Under the pieces are notes generated by a model. The model did not search any database. It was not told the origin of the DNA and was given only the letters and a program-made list of their open reading frames with translations. DNA of 26,010 bases from Octopus sinensis (Eukaryota). The stretch's first letter is position 1; each line of letters opens with the position of its first letter. The position numbers were made by a program, and so were the translations under genes. Location: the NCBI RefSeq assembly GCF_006345805.1, contig NW_021835647.1, positions 1 through 26,010 of the forward strand, written 5' to 3'. This document shows positions 9,859 to 20,947 of the stretch, one piece after another.

Positions 9859-10029
9859 TAGACACCTGTGTGTCTAAAAGATAAACTCGTCGGAAGGTTT
9901 ATCGTTGATGACGACAGAGGGCGTTTTGGAATCTCGAGTGTTTGACAGTAAATAAAAGTACGTCGTGTGAAGACCTGCCTTTACCTTCGCTTCGTTAAAT
10001 CATATATCCAAACGTTTAAGGATATAAAA
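9859..10029 (+). repeat. 3' LTR of the Gypsy element, 5'-truncated by about 18 nt, with no PPT
   Basis: Direct repeat of 8502-8672, joined directly to protease-coding sequence. Confidence 0.85.
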
Positions 10030-10398
10030 CCTCACTTTCTGTTACATTTGGTTACGTTCGATTGCTCTAATATACCCGTTATATTTTTATTGTCCTCGTA
10101 CTGATTGACACTAGTATCATCTGGACCCTTGGTCACTTGTCAATTTTAGTATATCGCATAAGCATTTATTGGTACACAGGCTTTCTATGGTGTTTTTTTT
10201 AAAATTTATTTAGCCTTTCCGCCTTTCCTTCTTTCATTTTATTTTCACCTTATGTTTTATCTTAATGGTTTCACACATTTATTTATAAACTCAAAATTCT
10301 TCTTTTATTACCATATTGTATTATATATTCCGTTTTTCTCCACATATTTTTTCTCGGTATATATTCTTAACTATTTTTATATTTAAACTTTTATATAC

Positions 10399-10795
10399 TT
10401 ACTAGCAGTATCGCCCGGCGTTGCTCGGGTTTGTAAGGGAAATAACTATACAGCATTTTTAGAGAGTTATAGCCAAAAAATAGCAAAAAAATGCATTAAA
10501 AATGGAAAAAATATGATGGTAATTTTTTTTTAAATCGTTAACTCATCGTAGACATTTTTAGAGAGTTACTTCCCTTTAAAAAAATATGCATGAAAATGGA
10601 AAAAAATGATGATAAATTATTTTTAAAATCGTAGGCTCATCGTAGACGCGCGCTAATATCCAGAAGGGCTCGATATGAATCACGACTATAAGATACCCGG
10701 TTTTGGTTAAACTGCACCGCAAAATGTGGGAGTAGTTAGGAATCTAAATCGAAGGGGACAGACACTCACACAACTACAGTTTTATATATAAAGAT
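10399..10795 (+). mobile_element. Helentron-associated non-autonomous element (HINE/DINE-1-like)
   Basis: The 5' end TTACTAG is followed by a hairpin-like CCCGGCGTTGCTCGGG. There is an internal ~95-bp tandem duplication (ATGCA...AAATGGAAAAAA...TGAT...CTCATCGTAGAC twice). The 3' end reads GACAGACACTCACACAACTACAGTTTTATATATAAAGAT. Confidence 0.7.
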
Positions 10796-11149
10796 AACAC
10801 TGATTTGACGGGATATAATATTAATTATTAATATGGATATTTATATTTATATTTATAATTTATCGATAAGTATTTGTATCCTATATCTTATTTGCAATCC
10901 TAATTACCTTTTATATTTCATATTTTTTTATATCTATTAAACACTTTGAAATTTTTATAACATCTTTAAGACCGTTACCATGCTGGTAATTTTCTCATAC
11001 ATATATCTGGGACTGTGGTTGGCCTTCATTATTTTAAAGGCCTCCGCTTTGTGGTTTTTATTTCTATAATTATAATTTAGTTTATACGAGCAAAGCACCC
11101 ACTCACCGTCCAATGGACGGTGCTGAGTTGTCAAACATTTAAACCAAAT

Positions 11150-11464
11150 TTTCATAAGACAGCATGTCCGACCGTTCCATAGGTCTCCCCTTTGAGATAC
11201 ACTGATTTAACCTAAATTTGAGACACCGTGCATTTTTCTCGCGTACGCGTAGTATCGATCGTAAAAGCTGATGTACTTGCGCGTACAAATTCACGTTCCC
11301 ACGGCTTTATCGATCGCATTCTCACCTGGAATCGATTTTTGTAATTTTTTCAAGACTTATGATCGTCGGTATCTACATATTAAATTTGAACGCAATCGGA
11401 TGGAGGATGCCCGAGATCCTAGAAGACACACACAGACAAACAGAACGGATTTTTTAGAATAGAT
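11150..11464 (+). mobile_element. Second HINE-like element; 3' part recognisable, 5' boundary uncertain
   Basis: AAATTTGAACGCAATCGGATGGAGG...GATCCTAGAAGACACACACAGACAAACAGAACGGATTTTTTAGAATAGAT resembles HINE 3' ends. The interior is CpG-rich and palindromic. Confidence 0.5.
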
Positions 11465-11754
11465 TTATCCATTTTTACTTTTATAATTTTTAAAAACCTT
11501 TTCTGTTTGTGATGGGCATGAATAAGTATAGTATTGGTATTAGCGATGTACATGTGTTAGTATACAAATGTAGTGGTTTTAGTGATGTAAGTACAGTTTA
11601 ACATTTTTTATATATATATATATATTTAAATTGTATATATATATATTTAAATGATGGATATAGACATTATCCGTATGTATGTGAGTTTTATTGGGTTTTA
11701 TTGCGTGTATTGATATGTATGTGTGCGTTTAGATGTTGTTATAGTTGTGTTGAA

Positions 11755-11940
11755 CCCAACGGCATCGTTCCGGGTTCAGTCCCACGGCGTGGCACCTTGG
11801 GCGAGTGTCTTGTACGGTAGCCTATGGCCGATCAAAGCCTTGCGAGTGGATTTGGTAAACGGAAACTGAAAGAAGCCCGCTGTATATATGTATGTGCATG
11901 TGATGTGTGTGTATTTGGGTCTGTTTGTCCCCCACCGTCA
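11755..11940 (+). mobile_element. SINE type C 5'/central fragment, fused to the transposase fragment
   Basis: GTTCCGGGTTCAGTCCCACGGCGTGGCACCTTGGGCGAGTGTC...GAAACTGAAAGAAGCCCG...TTTGTCCCCC, ending abruptly. Confidence 0.85.
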
Positions 11941-12540
11941 ACACCCAGTCAACATCATGGTGTTTGGAATGCTCACTAGTGATGGCGACGTTATTCTTCC
12001 ATTCATCTTCCCACGCGACCTCAGACTCAACACGGAGGCCTACACCAAGTACCTGGAAGAGGTAATACTGTCCTGTGTCAAGAGGGTAGCTGCTGGAAGA
12101 TCCTAGATCTGGCAGCCAGGCTCTGCACCATACCACACAAGCAGGAGAACCCAGTCATGGCTGTCAGACAATTTCTGCGACCACATCACCCCTAACATCT
12201 GGCCGCCTAACTCCCCAGACTGTAAGACCCCTTGATTATTATGCGTGGGGTGCAGCTGCGTGAGGGACCAACAAAACTCTTTGTAACACCACAGATGAAC
12301 TGAAGGCAAGGATTAATGCAACATTCACCAACTTAAGCAAGGAGAACGTCCAGAAGAGTTGCAATAGATTCCGAAGTCTGGAGGCTGTGGTTGAAACCAA
12401 TGGCGATTTTATTGAATAAATTTACTCTTTACTATTTCAATATATATTTTATGTAATTTTGTTAAATATATCTGTTAAAATGAGATGTCAATGTTAATTT
12501 CATTTTTGCGTAATCTAGATGACAATCTATTCACTGCACC

Positions 12541-12543
<3 letters not shown>
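11941..12543 (+). mobile_element. 3' end of a Tc1/mariner DD37D (maT-type) transposon
   Basis: Translates to PVNIMVFGMLTSDGDVILPFIF...WQPGSAPYHT...WPPNSPDC-PLDYYAWG...LEAVVETNGDFIE*. After frame correction, 37 residues separate the second Asp position (mutated to G) and the third Asp. It ends with a TIR-like ...CACCCTG followed by TA. Confidence 0.85.
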
Positions 12544-12584
<41 letters not shown>

Positions 12585-12585
<1 letters not shown>

Positions 12586-12705
12586 TCACGTGATCACGTG
12601 ACCGACAAGGCTATCAGATGTTGCTACACATCGCTGGTCACAATGCGTTTCGCATTGTTTTAGCCTTCAAATGACGCCACCCCGCTGGCTAAGCGAGCAG
12701 GCCAA
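12585..12705 (-). mobile_element. Isolated beta tail module (3' part of SINE A-beta, or the 3' end of its partner LINE)
   Basis: Near-identical to ~12738-12857 and flanked by (TA)n on both sides. Confidence 0.88.
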
Positions 12706-12737
12706 TATACATATATACACATATATATATATATATT

Positions 12738-13125
<388 letters not shown>

Positions 13126-13127
13126 AT

Positions 13128-13522
13128 GTAAGAAGTTTACTTCCCAACCACATCATTCCAGATTTAGTCCCATTGTGTGGTACTTTGGACAATGTCTCCT
13201 ACTCAGGCCTCAGGCCGACTAAAGCCTTGTAAGTTGATTTGATAGAGGGAAACTGAAAGAAGCCCGTCGTATTTATGTGAGTGTGTGAGTGCATGCACCT
13301 TTGTGTCTGTGTTTTCTCTCACAACTGCTTGGCAAACAGTGTTTGCTGTGTTTACGTCCCCGTAACTTAGTAGTTCCGTTTAAGAAACCCGAAAGAATAA
13401 GTACCAGGCTTAAAATGAAAAAATAAGTACTCGGATCGTTTCATTCGACTGTAAAAAAATGTCTTCATTGTGGTGCCACAGCATGGCCGCAGTCTAATGA
13501 CTAAAACAAGTAAATGATAAAG
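13128..13522 (+). mobile_element. Old SINE type C copy
   Basis: Diverged but colinear; ends CAGCATGGCCGCAGTCTAATGACTAAAACAAGTAAATGATAAAGA. Confidence 0.82.
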
Positions 13523-13574
13523 ACAAAGGATATATGGGATATATGTGTGTGTAGGAAGATGAATTCTAACGTTT

Positions 13575-13980
13575 GTGGCTGTGTGGTAAGTAGCTTGCTT
13601 ACCAACCACATAGTTCCGAGTTCATGCGTGGCACCTTGGGCAAGTGTCTTCTACTATAGCCTCGGGCCGACCAAAGCCTTACGAGTGGAGTTGGTAGACG
13701 GAAACAGAAAGAAGCCCGTCGTATGTATATGTATATATGTATGTGTGTATATATGTTTGTGTGTCTGTGTTTGTCCCCCCATAAACACACAACATCGCTT
13801 GACAACCGATGGTGGTGCGTTTGCGTCCCCGTAACCGAGCGGTTCGGCAAAAGGAGATCGATAGAATAAGTCCTAGGCTTACAAAGAATAAGTCCTGGGG
13901 GGGGGGGCATTTGCTCGACTAAAGGCAGTAGTGCTCCAGCATGGCCGCAGTCAAATGACTGAAACAAGTAAAAGAGTATA
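13575..13980 (+). mobile_element. Young SINE type C (subfamily C1)
   Basis: GTGGCTGTGTGGTAAGTAGCTTGCTTACC...GACTGAAACAAGTAAAAGAGTA. Confidence 0.92.
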
Positions 13981-14206
13981 TTCAATGTTTAAAAATAACT
14001 TTTACCTTACCAAATCTGTTACTGATAATTCATATTAATTTTTCCCCTTCAAATAATCCGCATTAGACGAAACATTAAGACGTTGTTGACAATAGCAACT
14101 GCTCGCTGATTAGTCAAATACCAATCCCAAACTACCTTTTCTCTAAGCACACTTTTCCATTCCTTTATTTTATATTTTCCCGTTCACAACGTCCACCAAA
14201 TTAATG

Positions 14207-14990
14207 CTCCTTCTTCTTCGTCTTCGTCGTCGTCGTCGTCTTCTTCCCCTTCTTCCCCTTCTTCTTCTTCTTCTTCTTCTTCTTCTTCTTCTTCTTCTTC
14301 TTCTTCTTCTTCTTCTTCTTTTCCTTCTTCTTTTCCTTCTTCTTCTTCTTCTTCTTTCTTCTCTTTCTTCTTCTTCTCTTTCTTCTTTTCTCTTCTTCTT
14401 CTCTTTCTTTCTTCTCTCTTCTTATCATTCTTTCATTCTTCTTCTTCTTCTTATTCTTCTTTATTCTTCTTTCTTCTTCTTCTTCTCTTTCTTCTTCTTT
14501 TCTCTTCTTTCTTCTTTTCTTCTTCTTTCTTCTTCTTATTCTTCTCTCTTATCCTACTCATTCTTATTCGTCGTAGTCGTCGTAGTCTCCGTAATCGTAT
14601 ACTACTCATTCTTCTTCTTTCTTCTTCTTATTCTTCTTCTTCCTTCTTCTTTTTCTTCTCCCTTTTACTTCTCCTTTTCCTCTCCTCCCCTCCTTCTCCT
14701 TCGTCGTCGTCGTCGTCTCTGTCATACTGTCTCTCTTCTTCTTCTTCTTTCTTCTTCTTCTTCTTCTTCTTTTTCTTCCTCCCCTTCTACTTCTCCTTTT
14801 CCTCCTCCTCCTCCTCCTTCTCCTTCGTCGTCGTCGTCGTCTCTGTCATCGTCTTCTTCTTCTTCTTCTCTTCTTCTTCTTCTTCTTCTTCTTCTTCTTC
14901 TTCTTTTTCTTCTCCTCCTCCTTCTTCTTCTTCTCCTTCTTCTTCTCCTCCTCCTCCACATCATCTCTCCCCCCTCGTCCTTACAGATTC
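14207..14990. repeat. About 0.8-kb polypyrimidine (CTT)n/(CCT)n/(CGT)n array
   Basis: Visible; the poly-L/S and poly-K/R/E ORFs here are artefacts. Confidence 0.95.
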
Positions 14991-15341
14991 TATGGTACCT
15001 TCCTGTCACACAATACAGCGTGTACTTCTTCCCCTAAAACTTCGTCCTTTCATATCCCTGCTCCTGTCTGTCTTCCAGCTTCTCTCTCTCTCTCTCTCTT
15101 TAATTATTTAAAGGATTAGTGTATCTTCGTTCATATTTCTAGTTAAAGGCTTTGGAGCAATGAAACGTGTTAAAACACGTCAGGCATATAGTTTTAAATA
15201 AATGATATCTATACTTCACTTCTATATATTTGGAGTCCTTTTAGAATTATAGATAACTTAATCACATGATTAAGAATGCCTAATTATATTATTGTTTGTG
15301 TGTGTGCAAAGAGAGAGAGAGAGTGTATGTGTGCGTGTGTA

Positions 15342-15374
<33 letters not shown>

Positions 15375-15377
<3 letters not shown>

Positions 15378-15630
15378 GCGTGGTTTAGTGGTTAGGGTGT
15401 TGTACCATCACCGTAAGATTATGGTTTCGATTCCTGGACAGGGCAATGTATTGTGTTTATGGGCAAAATACTTCATTTCCCAATTCTCCGGTCTACTCAA
15501 GGGAAGAAAAGTTAAAATGAACAATCCTACGATGACTGGTGTCCCGTCCAAGGGGAGCATATATACGTTACAGAATGCGGGGAATCGAACTTATGAACCT
15601 CAGACTCGAAAAGGACCTACTTTCCTTTGA
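15375..15630 (+). mobile_element. Old SINE type E (tRNA head plus V-domain-like core)
   Basis: Head GGTTTAGTGGTTAGGG...GGTTTCGATTCC. CCTACGATGACTGGTGTCCCGTCCAAGGG resembles the recalled V-SINE core. Homologous to 25787-26010. Confidence 0.72.
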
Positions 15631-15634
15631 GATA

Positions 15635-15833
15635 TATATACATGCATACATACATACATACATGCATACATACATACATACATACATACATACATACATA
15701 CATACATACATACATACATGCATACATACATACAGACATACATACATACATGCATACATACATACATACATACATACATACATACATACATACATACAGC
15801 ATACATACATACATACATACATACATACATACA

Positions 15834-15864
<31 letters not shown>

Positions 15865-16385
15865 CATTTGCATACATACATAAGTACATACATACATACA
15901 TACATAATGCATGCATACATACATACATACATACATACATAAAACATACATACATGCATAGATACATGCACATACATACATACATACATACATACATACA
16001 TACATACATACATGCAACATATATACATACATACATACATACATACATGCATACATACATTACATACATACATGCATACATACATACATACATACATACA
16101 TGCATACATACATAATTACATACATACATGCATACAGAATACATACATACATACATACATTACATACATGCATACATACATAATACATACATGCATACAT
16201 GATACATACATACATACATACATACATACATACATACATACATACATGCATACATACAACATACATACATACATACATACATACATGCATACATACAAAT
16301 ACATACATACATACATACATACATACATGCATACATACATACAACATACATATACATACTATATATGCATATATATATATACATG
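15635..16385. repeat. About 750-bp imperfect (CATA)n array
   Basis: Visible. Confidence 0.95.
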
Positions 16386-16400
16386 TGGGAGGGTGTACTT

Positions 16401-16448
<48 letters not shown>

Positions 16449-16461
16449 TATGTTCTCTTAT

Positions 16462-16699
16462 TCTTTTACTCTTTTACTTGCTTCAGTCATTTGATTGCGG
16501 CCATGCTGAAGCACCGCCTTTAGTCGAGCAAATCGACCCCAGGACTTATTCTTTGTAAGCCTAGTACTTATTCTATCAGTCTTTTGCCGAAGCGCTAAGT
16601 CACGGAGGACGTAAGCCACACCAGCATCGGTTGTCAAGCGATGTTAAGGGAACCAAAACATACACACAAACATATACACACACATACCTATAATATATA

Positions 16700-16736
<37 letters not shown>

Positions 16737-16815
16737 GATGGGCTTCTTTCAGTTCTGTCTACCTAATCCACTCACGAGGCTTTGGTCGGCTCAAGGCTAT
16801 AGTAGGTACCACGCA
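16462..16815 (-). mobile_element. SINE type C (C1), head lost, 16-bp internal deletion
   Basis: The tail is intact; the sequence reads GGCTATAGTAG|GTACCACGCA and then runs into (TA)n. Confidence 0.9.
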
Positions 16816-16843
16816 ATATATATATATATATATAATATATATA

Positions 16844-16890
<47 letters not shown>

Positions 16891-17271
16891 TGTATGTATG
16901 CATGTAAGTATGTATGTATATATAATGGTAATTGCTTGAGCAACACAATGAACGCTCTCGCCATCTAAAAAACATTTACCTGTACAGGTGCGCGATGTGT
17001 CACGTGTCAGATGCTAAATCGATGGTAGATTTAAAATCAGAGTGGCCTTCTTGTTGTCTCGTTACTCAAAAGCTACAGAGTCCAGACTTCCCTATGAGTA
17101 AGTAAATGCTCGTAGTGCACACCAACTCCGTGCAAGCATAAAGGTAGGCTAGCAAAATGCTGCTCCTCTAAATAGAAACCACAGCCGTCATTGTTGCTTT
17201 GTGACTCGAAGGAAAACAGGCATTGCCGTCCACACAAGATAACACTTAGCAAATGACCCACAAATACTCAA

Positions 17272-17435
17272 CTGACTGGTGTTGGTGTGTTTTCATATCA
17301 GTAAATTAGTGTTTCGGCAAAAGAGTCCGATAGTACAAGTACTAGGTTTAAAAACAAGTACTGAGGTCAATTCGTTCGACTAAATTTTTCATTTGTGATA
17401 CTCCAGCATGGCCACAGTCCAAGTAAAAGAGAAAA
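17272..17435 (+). mobile_element. Old SINE type C 3' fragment
   Basis: TTCGGCAAAAGAGTCCGATAG...TACTCCAGCATGGCCACAGTCC. Confidence 0.75.
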
Positions 17436-17545
17436 ACGAAATGCATACATAATGCATACTTCCATACATACATAAATACATACATATGCATACATACATA
17501 CATACATACATACATACATACATACATACATACATACATACATAC

Positions 17546-18878
17546 AACTGTCTGAAGTAAAGAAACACCGTAAGGGTCTTAGATCAGTATGGCTTGATTA
17601 TAGGAAGGCTTTCGACTCTGTTCCTCGTTCATGGCTGCCAAAGTGTCTACATTTGACAAAAGTCCCTGATTTCTTATTTGCTAGCATTGAGAGGCTCACA
17701 AAAACTTGAGCAACAATTCTCACACGTAGTACTGAGATCGGAACTATCATCTCCAATGTTATAAATATTTCAAAGGACAAAATCTTTCTGTAATTCTATT
17801 CATTTTGGCATTAAATCTATTGTGATACCTGTTGCAGAAAACAAATAGCTACATACTTCTGCAACTGCTAGAGATATTAATATAACCCATATTTTCTTTG
17901 TAGATGACCTCGGGGTTTATGCTAAAAATACGTTAACAATGCCAAGAAAAACAGCTGGGATTAATAACAACACTTTTAGTTGACATAGGAACGGAATTTG
18001 GCCAAAAGAAATGTTTGTATTTGATTGTTGAACGGAGAAAATCAGTTCCCCAGACCCAAACCTTGTGCATCAGTTTTCTCACTATCTCTCCTATGTCGCA
18101 CACAAAGAATGCTACAAGTCCCCAGGCATTGATGAAAACATATACGAAGGCACTGTGAATAAAGATAGAATGACTCGAGAATATTACGCCAGACGTAGAA
18201 AAATATGGCTGTCAGAACTCTCCTCTTACAAGACAATACCCCACAATGCATTTGATTTGCAGTACCAGTGCTGATTCTAACATTTGGAATACTTGCGTGG
18301 TTTGAAGAAGAAATCCCCTACATAGACGTTAAAATCCACTAGATCCTGACATCAACTGAAAAATCTCCACAGAAATAATGATGGCGACAGGTTCCACCTA
18401 ACAAGAGATGAAGGTGATCGAGGCTTGGGATCAGAGGAGACAGCCTTTGAATATCGTATGATCTCTCATAGACAATACTACAGAATGTAGTAATCTCTCA
18501 CAGACAGCGGTACATAATGTAGCGATCAAAGAACAGGAGAAAACAGGAAGATATCAGGATCTGACAAGATAAATACATCTGTGGAGGGTTTCTACAAAAG
18601 TAATCCCAATTCTTATAGATGCCCTAAGTATTGTCATCAACAGATCTAACAGTTCCCTTCTTGAGATTGGTGTAACTACCATAGATGAATTAATTCAGAA
18701 ATCTACTCAATTGAGAAAAGCAAGGATCGTAAGAGAAGGTCCTGGACATCTAAAGAAATTGATTGTGACTCTGTATCAAGGACATTGATCTCGAATGTAA
18801 AACATTCGTGTACACCATGAATAATAAAAATTGAAATGATAATAAATAGTAGAAGAAGAAGAAAAGAAAGACGAATAA
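17546..18878 (+). mobile_element. Degenerate R4/Dong-like RLE non-LTR retrotransposon (RT plus extreme C-terminus, internally deleted)
   Basis: RT motifs: WLDYRKAFDSVPRSWL, QGQNLSVILFILALN, THIFFVDDLGVYAKN and DIGTEFGQKKC. These are followed by YKSPGIDEN, NAF-AVPVL and RGLGSEE, then KEQEKTGRYQDL...W.V..KVIPILIDAL. A (TAA)n tail starts at ~18879. Confidence 0.85.
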
Positions 18879-18940
<62 letters not shown>

Positions 18941-19398
18941 GGCTACAACAAATATTCTGCTCAATACCACAGATTTGCTTGTCAGTTGTTTGACCTTAAC
19001 CAGTTGAGCATGTCCCTTAGTGGCTGACGATATGTGCATCTCTGATCACGAGCAGAAGTAGTGGGGGAGCATCATAGCCATGTGTTGAGAGGGATTCTTT
19101 GGGGTTTGAATAATTCACCTCTGGAAACATGGGTGGTTTTTTCAACGTCCTTAAACAACCCTTATTCAGGGACCTTTTGAGCGGGATGGGCTACTCGACC
19201 TGAAGAAAATTCTAACTGGGCCCCACCTGCAAGGTCATGCGCTGTTTATCTTGATATGAGATCACCATGTCGCGCACATATGGTTGTGATGCATGTGCCT
19301 GGTGTACCCTTATCAGACGGGTAGTCATGATGGGTATATTGGGCTTCGTATATTGTACCCCAGTGTCACTTTGATGGCATGAACTGCTCTCTCACTCG
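18941..19398 (+). mobile_element. About 460-bp non-coding element flanked by (TAA)n on both sides; probably a 3' UTR fragment or non-autonomous partner of a TAA-targeting LINE
   Basis: Complex sequence with sharp boundaries inside the TAA array and no ORF. Strand is inferred from the array polarity. Confidence 0.6.
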
Positions 19399-19416
19399 AT
19401 AATAATAATAATACTA

Positions 19417-19503
<87 letters not shown>

Positions 19504-19506
19504 TAA

Positions 19507-20349
19507 AGACCCTTCATTGCAAATGTTGAGGTAACTAAACACAAAAAATAGACAAAGTAAAATCCCTACAATGGCTGAGAAGCTCAGGACTCAAAGCAGA
19601 AACTGAAGGATTTTTCATTGCAGCCCGAGACCAAAGCCTTCACACCAGAAATCACCAGAAACACGAAATGAAAAGTAATACAAATAACTGCAGAATATGT
19701 ACTAATGGAGAAGGAACAATAAATCATATTGTCTCTGGCTGCTCAGTCCTGGCTAAGAAGGAATATATTCACAGACATGACAGAGTTGGGTCTTGTATAT
19801 ACTGGAAGCTATGCCACACTATAGAATAACAATAGAAAGAAGATGGTATAGGCACACACCAGAAAAGGTCACAGAAAATGAGAAAGCAACCATACTCTGG
19901 GATATGCCAATCCACACAAATAGAGAAATTAAGGCCAATAGCCCGGATATAGTTGTCAGAGATCAGCAAGAAAAAATGTTTTCTAATCGATATATCAATA
20001 CCAACAGATGACAATGTTTATCTAAAAGAAACGGAGAACCTTTCAAAATACAAAGATCTGGAAATAGAGGTAACTCGAATGTGGAATCTAAAAATAGAAA
20101 CAATTCCTATCATAGTAGGCGCATTAGATATGATAGAAAAACATTCAGACAAATACATAACAAAAACACCAGGACTTACAAGTATATATGATACAGAAAA
20201 TAGTACTGCTAGGTACCACACACACCCTACGTAAAACACTTTCAATACTGTAAAAATAAGAGCACCAGAACAAATTACAGCACATACCCAAGGCACACAG
20301 AGCTGCGCTCGGTAGTGCAGTGAAAGCACCTGATAAAAATAAGATTCCT
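19507..20349 (+). mobile_element. 5'-truncated R4/Dong-like RLE retrotransposon (Zn knuckle, restriction-like endonuclease, 3' UTR)
   Basis: Translates to WLRSSGLKAETEGFFIAARDQ, CRIC...HIVSGC (CCHC), HDRVG, ILWDMPIHTNREIKANSPDIVV and CFLIDISIPTDDNV..KETE.LSKYKDL, then IPIIVGAL. The stop is at ~20251-20253, followed by a ~95-nt UTR and (TAA)n. Confidence 0.92.
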
Positions 20350-20371
20350 AATAATAATAATAATAATAATA

Positions 20372-20415
<44 letters not shown>

Positions 20416-20440
20416 TAATAATATAATAATAATAATAATA

Positions 20441-20630
20441 AAACACCAGGACTTACAAACACATATAACATACAGAAAATTGCACTACTAGGCACTGCAC
20501 ACATCCTACGCAGAACACTTTCCATACAGTAACCATCAGAGCATCACAACACAAAATCACAGCACATACCCAAGGCACACAGAGCTGCGCTCGGTAGTAA
20601 AGTGAAAGCACGCTATAAAATAACTACTGA
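20441..20630 (+). mobile_element. Short (~190 bp) copy of the Dong-like 3' end
   Basis: Encodes TPGLTNTYNIQKIALLGTAHILRRTLSIQ* plus the 3' UTR; homologous to 20163-20345; flanked by (TAA)n. Confidence 0.9.
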
Positions 20631-20633
20631 ATG

Positions 20634-20682
<49 letters not shown>

Positions 20683-20750
20683 TAATATGATGATGATGAT
20701 GATATAATAATAATGATGATAATAATAATAATAATAATAACACAACAATA

Positions 20751-20785
<35 letters not shown>

Positions 20786-20807
20786 TAATAAAATAATAAT
20801 AATGATG

Positions 20808-20863
<56 letters not shown>

Positions 20864-20868
20864 GATGA

Positions 20869-20904
<36 letters not shown>

Positions 20905-20947
20905 TAATAATAATAATAATAATAATAATATATAATAATAATAAAAT

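Larger units (their letters stand above)
8484..10029 (+). mobile_element. Internally deleted Ty3/Gypsy LTR retrotransposon (gag plus partial protease; no RT, RNase H or integrase)
   Basis: The 5' LTR spans ~8484-8672 and the 3' LTR ~9859-10029 (about 18 mismatches and 1 indel over ~160 bp, by hand). A PBS GTGGCGACGAG lies at 8673-8683. Gag motifs are GEFIYNPEEGASFSAYFRRYD and VNRECEKFKL, with two degenerate Zn knuckles (CYGCGGLH and CFECGKIGRKSSHC). The protease reads LKLDTGSD. A candidate 5-bp TSD is CCCCA/CCTCA. Confidence 0.88.

Noticed and set aside
14201-15037. 277-aa Leu/Ser-rich ORF and Lys/Arg/Glu-rich antisense ORFs
   Set aside because: Artefacts of the (CTT)n/(CCT)n array.
16980-17167. 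Minus-strand exon candidate with plausible acceptor and donor
   Set aside because: All three frames contain stop codons.
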